This document shows positions 34,354 to 44,932 of a stretch of 64,000 bases of DNA, piece after piece. Each line of letters begins with the position of its first letter. Within the stretch, counting starts at the first letter, position 1. Position numbers and translations under genes: made by a program. The stretch comes from Pirellulaceae bacterium (GTDB lineage Bacteria; Planctomycetota; Planctomycetia; Pirellulales; Pirellulaceae), in NCBI GenBank assembly GCA_963769105.1, contig CAVYKQ010000005.1:681164-745163 (forward strand), read 5' to 3'. Below the pieces are notes generated by a model. That model searched no databases, had not been told where the DNA came from, and saw nothing but the letters and a program-made list of their open reading frames with translations.

Positions 34354-35788
34354 TTAAACGTGTGAGCTTTCACTGGTTAGTTGTGCATCAACTTCGTTGC
34401 TGACGATCACGCCGTAATTGATTGCGCCCAACCAGCCGCTCATGATGATACCGACACTGCCTGCGTGATACATGCCGCCGACTTGCTTGGGCAGTTCGCG
34501 GCTAACACCCAATCCTTCGAACTTAGTGCCAAAGCTGGCACCCATTTCGTGCTGAGTATAGTGATTGAACGTTCGCGGCGTGGCCGCTTCGGCGCGGTCA
34601 ATTTTTTGGCGGACGCCGGGGATATATTTTTCCAAAGCCTCGATCGTCGTTTCCACCAAGTCTTGCTTGCTGGCCTCGTAGTCTGCTCGGATTCAGATCG
34701 GCCCAATCCGACCAATTTGCATTGGTGCTGCTGACGATCGCGTATCGCTCTTTCGTCTTTTCCGGCCTTCCATGTGGGTAATAAAAGCTGAACGTACGGC
34801 TAGTGATGTCGCGGCTTAGTAACAAGTCAGTACGAAACTCTTTGGACGTGCTGGTAAAGAACAGGTCACCAGAGGACTCGTCGATCGTCTCTCCTGCTTT
34901 CATTGCCATGTAAACCTGGGTGCTGCTGTTGTTCAGTCGGACTGCTTCGGTCCGATCAACAAAATCTTTGTCCAACGCTTCTGTGCCGATCATTTTCAAT
35001 ACCGTGGTGCGCAGGTTCGCATTGCTAACGACTGCTCGGCAACCGATCTTGCGACCGTGCGTTTCCACTGCGGCGACTTTGCCATCGTTCAGATGAATAT
35101 GGTCAACGCCGCAGTTGATACGGATATCGACGCCATTCGACTCCAGCTCCTTTTTCATTCGCCCGACCAAATCGTCCGTGCCTCCTTCATAGATAAAGAC
35201 ACCCTTGCTCATGAAATTGCTGAACACGATCCCGTAAGTAATCGCGGGGTCTTCCAACGTCGATCCGTTTGCGTAGGTGATTGGTTCCATCAGCAGGCGA
35301 ACCACGTCGTCGCGTCCTGGAAAGAATCGGTCGAACAACTGCGCGTGTCGTTGTGGCTTGATCGTCGTAAAAGTTCATCCCCGCGCTGTATCAAAGAATT
35401 CATTGACGGTCGCCGGCACGATCCCAAAGTCCGTCGTCAACAAACGGGTGAAGTCTTCGCGATTGAAGGTCGTGGTCAGGGAAAACTGAGGATTGTCGAA
35501 ACGGATATTCTTCAGTTGCACGATTCGATCCGCGATGTCACGATTCCAATAGCGACGACAAGATTTGATCATCCCATGTGGAAAGCCATGCAGCGAGACA
35601 TCAAAGATATGCCCGCCGGGTCGTAAGAACCAAGTCGCTAAACCGCCCAGTTTGTAATGTTGTTCCAGCAACAACACGCGGTGTCCAGCGCGACCGAGAA
35701 TGTTGGCCGACGTCATGCCAGCCAATCCACTACCGATCACGACGACATCATAGTTGTCAGCCGCACCTTTCAGAAAATCACGAGGCAT
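34354..35788 (-). CDS. Phytoene desaturase-like FAD-dependent oxidoreductase; two apparent frameshifts (~35370, ~34685)
   Basis: [37 protein letters not shown] (GxGxxG), [24 protein letters not shown] and [18 protein letters not shown], spread across three ORFs. Confidence 0.85.
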
Positions 35789-35890
35789 TCGTTAGTTGAC
35801 AGTTAACAGTGGAAAGTGGGTAGAAAGACCGACAGCGGAGCGTTCGTCATCAGCAGCTGGAATATCCACATGCTGGAGAGCGTGCGCACA

Positions 35891-36574
35891 TTACAGGGGA
35901 CCTTTATCGGGTTGTAGTTCGGCGTAGATTCCGATCTGATCATGGTCGGGCGCCCTATCACCGTACAGCAGAAGGCTGCCTTCGCCGACCAGCCATCGTT
36001 CATCCAGCAATCGAATGGAATCATTTGCACTGGCTGACAGTGTTTCGTTATTGATGCCGGTAGCCAGAACATCGTGCGAGCCACGGAAGATTTTGGTCTG
36101 CTGTTCGGGAAGCACCGTGGCCATCCGCCGCGTTCCCTGGTCCCCCGCGATGGCGGCAAGGATTTTCCATTGTCGGTCGCGTGGATCTTCGTGAATGCAT
36201 ACTGTCAGCGTTGATTCACCTGGTGGAACCGGAATCGCGCCGTACCAATCGGGTGCCGTGGCGTCCTTCGGCAGCAGCGAACTGTAGGTGACGCGATACT
36301 TGGACGTTGGTGGGACGCGTAGCCGTAACTTATATGTCAGGGGTTGATCGCTAGGAGCGCGGGCTGCGGCGATTTGTCCCGGTTCGGTTGGCGACAAGTA
36401 TCCAAGCTGTGCATGCAAGCGGGCCAGTTCTGCATCCGCCCGGCGCAGACGTGTCGCCATCGCGACCATTCCGATCACCAGCATCACGATCGTCACGGCT
36501 CCCAAATACTCGCGCAGCGAGAACCGCCGCTTCGATCGATGGCCAGTTCTGATATGTTCGTCGGTCTGATTCAT
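35891..36574 (-). CDS. Hypothetical membrane-anchored planctomycete protein
   Basis: Long ORF; RRFSLREYLGAVTIVMLVIGMVAM forms a single N-terminal TM. The start at MNQTDE (36574) avoids overlap with rluA. Confidence 0.7.
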   Translation of the reverse strand: MNQTDEHIRTGHRSKRRFSLREYLGAVTIVMLVIGMVAMATRLRRADAELARLHAQLGYLSPTEPGQIAAARAPSDQPLTYKLRLRVPPTSKYRVTYSSLLPKDATAPDWYGAIPVPPGESTLTVCIHEDPRDRQWKILAAIAGDQGTRRMATVLPEQQTKIFRGSHDVLATGINNETLSASANDSIRLLDERWLVGEGSLLLYGDRAPDHDQIGIYAELQPDKGPL

Positions 36575-36584
36575 GAGGTGAATC

Positions 36585-37258
36585 TTGCGAGTTTGGAGAG
36601 ACGCAATTTTAGGTTCTATCGACATACTGTGGGACGGCGAGATCGCAATCGCGGTCAATAAACCGGCCGGGCTTTCGACTCAGGCTCCTGAGGGCGCCGA
36701 TTCGCTTGAATCAATCCTTCGCAAACAGCTTGCCGACCGCAGCGAATATGTGGCTTTTCCTCATCGACTCGATCGGCCTGTCGGCGGCGTGATTCTAGTT
36801 GCCTTACGCAAACGAGCGGCCCGTCTGCTGAATGAACAGTTCGCCGCGCGGAAGGTCTGCAAAGAGTACCGGGCGGTCGTTTCTGGACAAACTCACTGGT
36901 GAATATCTTTGGTGCGACCATTTGTCCAAGGTCCCGGATGAAGCAAGGGCGGTGATCGTTTCGCAGGATTCGGCCTGACGCTAAATCAGCGGTGACTGAA
37001 GTTGAAGTCGTTCAATACGACCCGACAAAAGATCGAACCTTTTTGAAGCTGTTTCCCCAGACCGGGCGAATGCATCAACTGACGGATCCAGGCCGCCCAC
37101 CGGGGCCATCCGATCATCGGAGATGTGCTGTATGGCGGCGCCTCGAGTCAGATCAGGGAACGATCATGCTACAGGCACATTCGCTGAAATTCCATGATCC
37201 GAGAAACGGAAAAAGCGTCACAGTCACGGGTTCCGATCATTTCTCCGGCAGTGTGTAA
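36585..37258 (+). CDS. RluA-family RNA pseudouridine synthase; frameshifted
   Basis: AVNKPAGL, HRLDRPVGGV, KEYRAVVSG, QTGRMHQL, GHPIIGDVLYG (shifted frame) and MLQAHSLKFHDP. Confidence 0.88.
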
Positions 37259-37345
37259 TGTCGCGTTGCTTCGGCTCAGAATCTTCGGTTATAGAATGGT
37301 TTAGCGACCCCTTGTGGCAACGATTACCCTTCCTGAAATAGTTCC

Positions 37346-39325
37346 ATGCTTCGCATCGGCGCAGTCTCCTACCTAAACACCAAACCGTTGATCCGGTCGC
37401 TTGCCCAGCGACTGGGTGATGACGGCGAGTTAACACTGGATCTTCCCAGCCGACTGGCGGCCGATCTAAAAGCCGGCTCGTTGGACGTGGCTTTGATTCC
37501 GTCGGTCGAATACTTTCGTAACCCGGGCTATGAAATCATCTCCGACGCTGCGATTGCCTGCCGGGGTCCGGTCTGGAGTGTTCGTCTACTCAGTCGGGTT
37601 CCGGTTCCAGAGATCAAGCGATTGGCCTTGGACGAGGGAAGTCGCACCAGCGCGGCGATGCTTGCTACTTTGTTATGGGAAATGCACGGCTTGAAACCGG
37701 AGACCGTTCCCTTAGCAATCGACCAATCCCCCGAGTCGGTCGATGCGGATGCCATTTTGTTGATTGGCGATCGGGCGATGTATCCAACACCTGGGCTCTA
37801 TCAAGAGATCTGGGACTTGGGCGATCGTTGGTGCCGCTGGACGGAGTTGCCATTCGTATTCGCGATGTGGGTTGCCCGGACGGGATGGGACCGCGAAGGA
37901 TCGAATATCGATACGAATCGGCTCGTTGGTATGCTGGAAGCGAGCCGCGACGATGGGCTGGCGAACCTGGAGCAGATCGCCGTCGCGGAAGCGGCCGGTC
38001 ACGGATTGACCAAAGAAGATCTGCACCGGTACTTTGCCGAAAATTTGCACTTCCGTCTCGGTCCAGGCGAACGCCTAGGGCTGAAGTCATTTCGTCAGCG
38101 AGCTGCTAAACTTGGGCTCGTTCCTGACGCCGAAACTCCCACCGCAATTGAATCGCCGATGATTGCTACGACCAAGAACAAGAACTGTGACGATTCGATC
38201 CGACCAATTCTAGCGAAAGCCATCGCCGGAGAGCGGTTGTCACAGGACGAAGGTATTCGCTTGCTGAAGAGTCGTGATCTGGCCGCCATCGGTTCTGCTG
38301 CCGACCAGGTTTCAAGACGGATGCATCCGGAGCCCTACCGGACTTACAACATCGATCGAAATATCAACTACACCAACGTCTGTACGGCGGTCTGTGATTT
38401 CTGTGCCTTCTATCGCGGGCCGAAAAGCGACGAAGGCTATGTCCTGCCCCGTGAAGAACTGCTGAAGAAGATCGAAGAAACGGTCGCGCTGGGTGGCCAA
38501 CAGATCTTGATGCAGGGTGGGCTGCACCCCAAGTTCAAACTCGACTGGTACGAAGAGCTGCTTACTGACATCAAGACTGCATTTCCTGAGGTCAACATTC
38601 ACGGTTTCAGTCCGCCTGAACTGCATCACTTCACCAAGGTCAACAATCTGTCGATTCGCGAAGTCTTAGAGAGACTGAAAGCTGCTGGATTGGGAAGCAT
38701 TCCGGGTGGCGGTGCCGAAATCTTGGTCGATCGAGTTCGCAGTGAAATCACTCGCGGCAAGGTGATGACTGATGATTGGCTGAATGTGATGCGCGTCTGG
38801 CACCAGATGGGCGGCAACAGCACGGCGACCATGATGTTTGGTCACGTCGAAACGCTAGCGGAAAGAATCGAGCACCTTGATCGCGTTCGTGAAGTACAAG
38901 ACGAAACCAATGGGTTCACCGCATTTATCTGCTGGACGTTCCAGCCCGATAACACGGACATGTCACACATCAAGCGAGCGGGAGCCTTCGAATACTTGAA
39001 GAACCTGGCGGTCAGTCGTCTCTACCTGGATAACATCCCCAACATTCAAAGCAGCTGGGTGACACAGGGGCTAAAGATCGGCCAGTTGGCGATGCTGTAT
39101 GGCGCCAACGACATGGGCAGTCTGATGCTTGAAGAAAACGTAGTGGCCGAAGCTGGGACGGTCCACTATTTGTCCCTGGCCCAGATTCGTGACGCAATCA
39201 CGGAGCTAGGTTTCGAGCCGCGGCAGCGCGACGTCTTCTACAACCTCGTAGCACCAGAATTGGAACAAAAAGCGATCGAGGCGAATCAGAACCTTGGACC
39301 AAAAGAATTGGTTCAGCTTGGCTGA
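37346..39325 (+). CDS. mqnC: Single ORF joining chorismate dehydratase (MqnA-like) and cyclic dehypoxanthinyl futalosine synthase (MqnC, radical SAM)
   Basis: N-half: RIGAVSYLNTKPL, SRTSA, LLIGDRA, DLGDRW...LPFVFAMW (MqnA). C-half: DRNINYTNVCTAVCDFCAF (CxxxCxxC), QGGLHP, PGGGAEIL, NIQSSWVTQG, GANDMGSLMLEENVV (MqnC). Confidence 0.9.
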   Translation: MLRIGAVSYLNTKPLIRSLAQRLGDDGELTLDLPSRLAADLKAGSLDVALIPSVEYFRNPGYEIISDAAIACRGPVWSVRLLSRVPVPEIKRLALDEGSRTSAAMLATLLWEMHGLKPETVPLAIDQSPESVDADAILLIGDRAMYPTPGLYQEIWDLGDRWCRWTELPFVFAMWVARTGWDREGSNIDTNRLVGMLEASRDDGLANLEQIAVAEAAGHGLTKEDLHRYFAENLHFRLGPGERLGLKSFRQRAAKLGLVPDAETPTAIESPMIATTKNKNCDDSIRPILAKAIAGERLSQDEGIRLLKSRDLAAIGSAADQVSRRMHPEPYRTYNIDRNINYTNVCTAVCDFCAFYRGPKSDEGYVLPREELLKKIEETVALGGQQILMQGGLHPKFKLDWYEELLTDIKTAFPEVNIHGFSPPELHHFTKVNNLSIREVLERLKAAGLGSIPGGGAEILVDRVRSEITRGKVMTDDWLNVMRVWHQMGGNSTATMMFGHVETLAERIEHLDRVREVQDETNGFTAFICWTFQPDNTDMSHIKRAGAFEYLKNLAVSRLYLDNIPNIQSSWVTQGLKIGQLAMLYGANDMGSLMLEENVVAEAGTVHYLSLAQIRDAITELGFEPRQRDVFYNLVAPELEQKAIEANQNLGPKELVQLG

Positions 39326-39390
39326 TCAGATGATAGACTCATGGGGGTAAATCCCCTCTGCTGTTTGCGGTCAGTGAGTCGCTGGAAATC

Positions 39391-40741
39391 ATGAAGCCAA
39401 ACTTTGACACGATCATCGTCGGCGCTGGCTACGCAGGTCTGACCGCCGCCCGCCAGCTTCAGCGAGCCGGACAAAATGTCAAAGTTCTTGAGGCCCGTGA
39501 TCGAGTCGGCGGGCGAGTTCATACTCATCGTATCGATGATCAAACTTACGTTGATCTGGGTGCGCCAGTGGATTGGGCCAACGCAAGACCGAATCTACGA
39601 TCTGGCCAAAGAGTTCGGGGTGGAAACGTTTCCCACCTATGGCGAAGGACGTAATACGCTGCTGCTAAATCAGCGGCAGAAGACTTACAGCGGTTTGATT
39701 CCCAAGATAGATCCGTTGTCGCTGATCAACATTGATCGCGTGATGAAGCGACTGGATCGTTTGGCCGAAACAATCAATCTCGACCATTTACCGAGTACGC
39801 CGAATGCCGACTATCTGGACTCCCAATCGCTCGGCGCATTTCTGGACAAATACACGCATCTGAGCAACGCTCGCAAGATTCTAGACACCGCTCTCGAGAC
39901 CGTCTTCGCAGCGACTGCTCCAGAAATTTCGCTGCTGTACGCTCTGTTCTATATCAAGTCCGGAACCAACCTTGACTGTTTACTGGAGTTCAAGAATGGG
40001 GCCCAGCAAGATCGGTTTGTTGGCGGCGCACAACAGATCCTCGACCGGATGGCTGACGAACTGGGTGACGCGCTCCAACTAAATGCAGCGATCGATTCGA
40101 TCAGTCAGTTGGACGAAGTCGTTACAGTCAGGGGCTGCGATTTCGAATCCACCTGCCATAAAGTGATCGTCGCGATTCCACCTGTTCTGGCTGGCCGGAT
40201 CCGATATTCACCTGATCTACCACCGCGGCGCGATCAATTGACACAGCGGATGCCGATGGGCACCGTGATCAAGTGCTACGCAATTTACAATGAACCTTTT
40301 TGGCGCGAGGATGGACTTAGCGGACAAGCGGTGACCGATGAAAGCTCGGTACTGCAAACTGTCTTTGACAATTCGCCTGTCGATGGTAGCAAGGGAATGT
40401 TGATGGGCTTCAGTCTTGCCAACCGTGCTCGAGAGTTGTTGCGGCTTTCAGAATCCGAACGACAAGCGGTAGTGATCAGAGAGTTTGTGCGTCTCTTTGG
40501 TCCGGCCGCGGCGCATCCGATGCAATACATTGACCGTAGCTGGGCCGATGAACCATGGAGTCGCGGTTGCTACACCGGTCTGATGACGCCGGGAAGCGTC
40601 ATCGGTTATATCGACGCACTGCGGACGCCGTGCGGGAACATCCACTGGGCTGGGACCGAAACCGCTAAGGTGTGGAATGGATACATGGAAGGTGCGATTT
40701 TGTCAGGAGAACGGGCGGCGTTGGAAATCCTGGAAGCATAG
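39391..40741 (+). CDS. Flavin monoamine oxidase family protein; one frameshift near 39565
   Basis: [54 protein letters not shown] and [27 protein letters not shown]. Confidence 0.92.
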
Positions 40742-40746
40742 CAACC

Positions 40747-42093
40747 ATGTGTGATACCTTCGTCGCGCTCCCCGATCATACCGCATCAGGCAATTTGATC
40801 TTCGGAAAGAACTCGGATCGCGAGCCCAACGAGGCGCAAGCGATTGCCCGCATGCCGGGAGGACCGACATCTGGTGGTTCCCTGGCGTGTACTTTTATCG
40901 AGATTCCTCAGGTTGCGAATGTCAATGAAGTCATTCTGTCGAAACCGTTTCAGATGTGGGGAGCGGAAATGGGAGTCAACGAACACGGGGTGGTCATTGG
41001 TAACGAAGCTGTGTTTACCAAAATCAAAATGGCCAAGGCAAACACCGGATTGACTGGCATGGATCTGGTTCGGTTGGCTCTGGAACGTTGCGATACGGCA
41101 AAGAACGCACTACTGACGCTTATCGAACTACTGGAACAATATGGACAAAATGCGTGTGGAGGATATCGAAACAAGAAATTCTATTATCACAATAGTTTTT
41201 TGATTGCCGACGCCCGATCGGCATGGGTGTTGGAGACCGCCGATCGGCATTGGGTGGCAGAGCGTGTCTATGGATTTCGTTCAATTTCAAATGGATTGAC
41301 TATCGAATCAGACTATGACTTGATCAGTCTCGATGCGATCGATGTTGCGGTTCGTAATGGTTGGGCCAAATCTCGTAGCCAATTCGCTTTCCGACAAGCC
41401 TATTCTGACTGGCTGTACACCAGAGCCAGCAGTTGTCATCGTCGGCAACAACGTAGCACCGAATTGGGACAAGAATTGGAACGCCAGTTTGACCTGCAGG
41501 CAGCGATGAAGATTCTTTGTACGCACGATTGCGATCATGCGTCGTTCTCGCCTTCCAAATCCACTAGCGCATCGATATGCATGCATGCGACCGGTATGAC
41601 CAATCCGAGTCAAACGAACGGATCGATGGTCGCCGAGATTCGATCAAATGGGCCGCCAACGGTGTGGTTGACGGGAACGTCGATGCCTTGTCTGTCCGTC
41701 TACTTTCCGGTTTTCTTTGGCCAGACTGATTCGATCGGCAACCCCTGCAATCAATCTTTTTGGAATACCCCCACGGCGCACTCGGACCAGAGTTTTTGGT
41801 GGCGCGCCGAGCGATTGCATCGGCAAGTCTGCCGCAACTACGAGTCGAACGCCCAACCGTTTCATCAGGCGCAGCGGGAAATGCAAACTCAATTCTTGAA
41901 AGCTGAGCAACAGCTCGTTGAATCGCAGGCGAGCCAAGAAAAACGGCTTGAGTTTTCGGCAGACGCGATCGATCGACTGCGTGAATTCATAGCAGTGAAG
42001 AGCGAAGAGTCGGCCACATCAGCTGACGGAAAGTCAGGCTATCTGTACCGGTACTACTGGAAGCGACTCAACCGCCAAGTTGGCTTGAATTAA
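40747..42093 (+). CDS. C69-family dipeptidase / secernin-like Ntn hydrolase
   Basis: N-terminal nucleophile Cys in MCDTFVAL, plus FGKNSDREPNEAQ, WGAEMGVNEHGVVIGNEA, GMDLVRLALER, YHNSFLIAD and ICMHA. Confidence 0.92.
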   Translation: MCDTFVALPDHTASGNLIFGKNSDREPNEAQAIARMPGGPTSGGSLACTFIEIPQVANVNEVILSKPFQMWGAEMGVNEHGVVIGNEAVFTKIKMAKANTGLTGMDLVRLALERCDTAKNALLTLIELLEQYGQNACGGYRNKKFYYHNSFLIADARSAWVLETADRHWVAERVYGFRSISNGLTIESDYDLISLDAIDVAVRNGWAKSRSQFAFRQAYSDWLYTRASSCHRRQQRSTELGQELERQFDLQAAMKILCTHDCDHASFSPSKSTSASICMHATGMTNPSQTNGSMVAEIRSNGPPTVWLTGTSMPCLSVYFPVFFGQTDSIGNPCNQSFWNTPTAHSDQSFWWRAERLHRQVCRNYESNAQPFHQAQREMQTQFLKAEQQLVESQASQEKRLEFSADAIDRLREFIAVKSEESATSADGKSGYLYRYYWKRLNRQVGLN

Positions 42094-42099
42094 GAGGTC

Positions 42100-42981
42100 T
42101 CAGGGGGCGTCGATCCACCGCTTTGACAGCGGATCGTAAGCGTCGATTCGTCGATCGCGCAAGAACGGCCAATGGGTTCGGACGACGTCAATCTCATCAA
42201 GGGCACAGTCAGCCGTCACCAACCCTTCTGATTTTTCGTCGGCATTGGCAACGACTTCGCCGCGCGGCGAGACGATGAACGAGCTACCCCAAAATTCCAA
42301 ACGTCCTTCCGTTCCAATCCGATTCGGCGCTCCCAGCCAAACACCGTTGGCGATCGCATGCGCGCGCATCGTCGTTTGCCAAGCATCACGTTGTCCCGCA
42401 CCGAATTCGGCCTTCTCCTCATCGATCCAGCCAATCGCCGTCGGATACAACAAAATCTCACCGCCAGCAAGTGCGAACAAACGCGCGGCTTCCGGAAACC
42501 ATTGGTCCCAACAGATACCAACACCAAGGGTGGCGTAGCGGGTTTTGATTGGTGTGAAGCCCAAGTCACCGGGCGCGAAATAGAACTTTTCGTAGAACAG
42601 GGGATCATCGGGAATGTGCATTTTCCGATAGATCCCCGCCAGGGAACCATCCGCATCGATCACCGCTGCGGTGTTGTGGTAGACGCCCGGCGCGCGACGT
42701 TCGAAGAGCGGCGCGACAATGACAATCTGGTGTTTGGCGGCCAGGCCCGCTAGACGCTCGGTCGTCGGTCCCGGAATCGTTTCGGCGTGGTCAAAGTTAC
42801 GGTGATCTTCGCTTTGACATGGATAGGGGCTGGTGAAAAGTTCTTGTAGGCAGACAATTTGTGCACCGCCATCGACTGCCTGCTCAATCCAGCCGATGGC
42901 TGAATCGACACACCGATCGCGGGACCCGGCGTCTCGCATTTGGACCAACGATAAGCGAACATTACGTGCCACCGATTTCAC
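42100..42981 (-). CDS. Carbon-nitrogen hydrolase, N-carbamoylputrescine amidase-like
   Basis: Glu-Lys-Cys triad motifs CLQELF, YRKMHIPDDPLFYEKFYF and GICWDQWFPE; also YPTAIGW and WPFLRDRR. Confidence 0.9.
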   Translation of the reverse strand: MKSVARNVRLSLVQMRDAGSRDRCVDSAIGWIEQAVDGGAQIVCLQELFTSPYPCQSEDHRNFDHAETIPGPTTERLAGLAAKHQIVIVAPLFERRAPGVYHNTAAVIDADGSLAGIYRKMHIPDDPLFYEKFYFAPGDLGFTPIKTRYATLGVGICWDQWFPEAARLFALAGGEILLYPTAIGWIDEEKAEFGAGQRDAWQTTMRAHAIANGVWLGAPNRIGTEGRLEFWGSSFIVSPRGEVVANADEKSEGLVTADCALDEIDVVRTHWPFLRDRRIDAYDPLSKRWIDAP

Positions 42982-43003
42982 CTTGAACGATTCACCAATA
43001 AAC

Positions 43004-43077
43004 GTAGCTGCGGGCCTGCTAGTGATCAGCGGGGGGACGCATCGGCGCGTCCCACCAAAGCCTGGCGAGCGTAGCTA
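43004..43077. repeat. Degenerate GTAGCT-bounded palindromic intergenic (REP/REPIN-like) element
   Basis: Begins GTAGCTGCGG and ends CCTGGCGAGCGTAGCTA, with an internal hairpin GGGACGC-N6-GCGTCCC. Ends are similar to those of 47982-48043. Confidence 0.5.
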
Positions 43078-43097
43078 TAGACTCAGGAAACAAGACT

Positions 43098-43775
43098 GTG
43101 ACACATCCTACGCCCCCCACCCTTTTCTTTGCAGGGACCGACACGGATGTTGGGAAAACTTATGTTGCTTCGTTGATCGCGGCCGCTTTGGTCCGAAACG
43201 GCCAAAAGGTAGCGGTTTACAAGCCGGCGGCCAGCGATTGTCGCCTTGTGGATGGAGATCTGGTCGCCGCCGACGCGGTTAGTCTGTGGGAATCAGCCGG
43301 ACGACCGCGCAGCTTGGACGACGTCTGCCCGCAAAGATTTGTTGCCGCACTTTCTCCACCCGCCGCCGCGGCCGCCGAAGGCAAGCAGGTCGATGCAGAG
43401 TTGCTGCGTCGCGGCGCGGATCTCTGGATCGACTCGTTTCAAGTCAGGATCATCGAAGGTGCAGGGGGACTGTTTAGCCCGCTTGCAGATGGCTTGTTGA
43501 ATATCGATTTGGTAAAGCAATTCGGTTCGCCAAAGTTATTGATCGTCGCGGCGAATCGACTGGGCGTGATTCACCAAGTGCTGGCAACCTGTGAAGGAAG
43601 CAAGCAGCGCGGCATCACGCCAAACGGGATCATCCTCTGTCATCCAACAGCAGAATCTGACGAATCAGTTTCGACGAACCAAGCCGAAATCGAACGCTAC
43701 TGTGACGTGCCTGTGATCGGAACCGTGGAATTTGGCCAAGCATCGTGGGGCGATCTGTCGGCCATCACTTTCTAG
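43098..43775 (+). CDS. bioD: Dethiobiotin synthase
   Basis: GTDTDVGKT, YKPAASD, IIEGAGGLFSPL and NRLGVIHQ. Confidence 0.95.
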   Translation: MTHPTPPTLFFAGTDTDVGKTYVASLIAAALVRNGQKVAVYKPAASDCRLVDGDLVAADAVSLWESAGRPRSLDDVCPQRFVAALSPPAAAAAEGKQVDAELLRRGADLWIDSFQVRIIEGAGGLFSPLADGLLNIDLVKQFGSPKLLIVAANRLGVIHQVLATCEGSKQRGITPNGIILCHPTAESDESVSTNQAEIERYCDVPVIGTVEFGQASWGDLSAITF

Positions 43776-43844
43776 CCCGAGTGGCGGGCGAATGACCAGT
43801 TAGGAATTCACTCGCGGGCAAATTGGGCTAGCGAAGATGGAATC

Positions 43845-44738
43845 CTAGGCCTTCCGCACCGAGCCTGTTTCGCCTTCGCCAAGACTGGGACGATAACGTT
43901 TCGTTTGCATGCGCAGATTCAAGAACTCGACCGATAGCGAGAAGGCCATTGCAAAGTAAACGTAACCCTTGCTGATCGGCGTCCCCGCAGCATCGCTGAC
44001 TAAAACGATTCCGATCAACATTAGGAAAGACAACGCCAACATCTTGACGGTTGGATGATCTTGGACAAAGTCACTGATTTGATTGGCAAATACGATCATC
44101 ACGCCAACCGAAATGACGACCGCCGCGATCATGATTTCGATATGGTTCGACATGCCGACCGCCGTGATCACGGAATCGAGCGAGAAGATGATGTCCATGA
44201 AGGCGATTCGAAACAGTACGCCACCGACCGAGATCTGCTGGGCCACCTGTCCGATCGGAGTGATGCCGTCACGGGCACCTCCTTCGTCTCCTGGCAAGTT
44301 GCCGATTTCGGCCTCTTCCTCGTCTCCTTCGATCTTGTGATGTATTTCCCGGACCGCCGTGTACAGCAAGAACAAGCCACCGAACAGCAAAATCAAATCG
44401 CGTCCAGTGACTTCATCGACCTCGGCGTCTTCTCTTAACCATTCAGCGATTGCATCGGTGGGCGCAAAGCTGGAAAGATCGAACAATACGCCCTCCAGGC
44501 TCATCAGCCAGCCGATCATCATCAGCAGCATGATCCGCATGATCATCGCCAGTGCCAAGCCAAATCGGCGGGCCATCGACCGTTTCTCTTCCGGTAACCG
44601 ACCGGTGATAATCGCGATGAAGACGATGTTATCGATGCCCAGCACGATCTCCATCACCGTTAGTGCAATCAAAGCCATCAGCGCTTCGCCGGACCAAAGG
44701 GAAGCGTCGGAGGCGAGTTGAACTCCAGAAGCAAGCAT
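43845..44738 (-). CDS. TerC family membrane protein
   Basis: LTVMEIVLGIDNIVFIAI, DIIFSLDSVITAVGM, HPTVKMLALSFL and KGYVYFAMAFS. Confidence 0.95.
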   Translation of the reverse strand: MLASGVQLASDASLWSGEALMALIALTVMEIVLGIDNIVFIAIITGRLPEEKRSMARRFGLALAMIMRIMLLMMIGWLMSLEGVLFDLSSFAPTDAIAEWLREDAEVDEVTGRDLILLFGGLFLLYTAVREIHHKIEGDEEEAEIGNLPGDEGGARDGITPIGQVAQQISVGGVLFRIAFMDIIFSLDSVITAVGMSNHIEIMIAAVVISVGVMIVFANQISDFVQDHPTVKMLALSFLMLIGIVLVSDAAGTPISKGYVYFAMAFSLSVEFLNLRMQTKRYRPSLGEGETGSVRKA

Positions 44739-44932
44739 GATGAATCAGTCCTGGTGCGTGACGGTTGAGTGCAGTCAACTCTCCCGCATCTGGGGAGAGG
44801 TCGGGCTGAAGCCCGGTAGGTTGGCTTGTTTGCGGCGACAGCGTGCCAGAATCGTGTCCGTTTTGCAAACCCAACCCTTTTACCACTCCCTACCGCGTCG
44901 GACGGTTCCGCAAGGACTAGGTCGTCAAAAAC

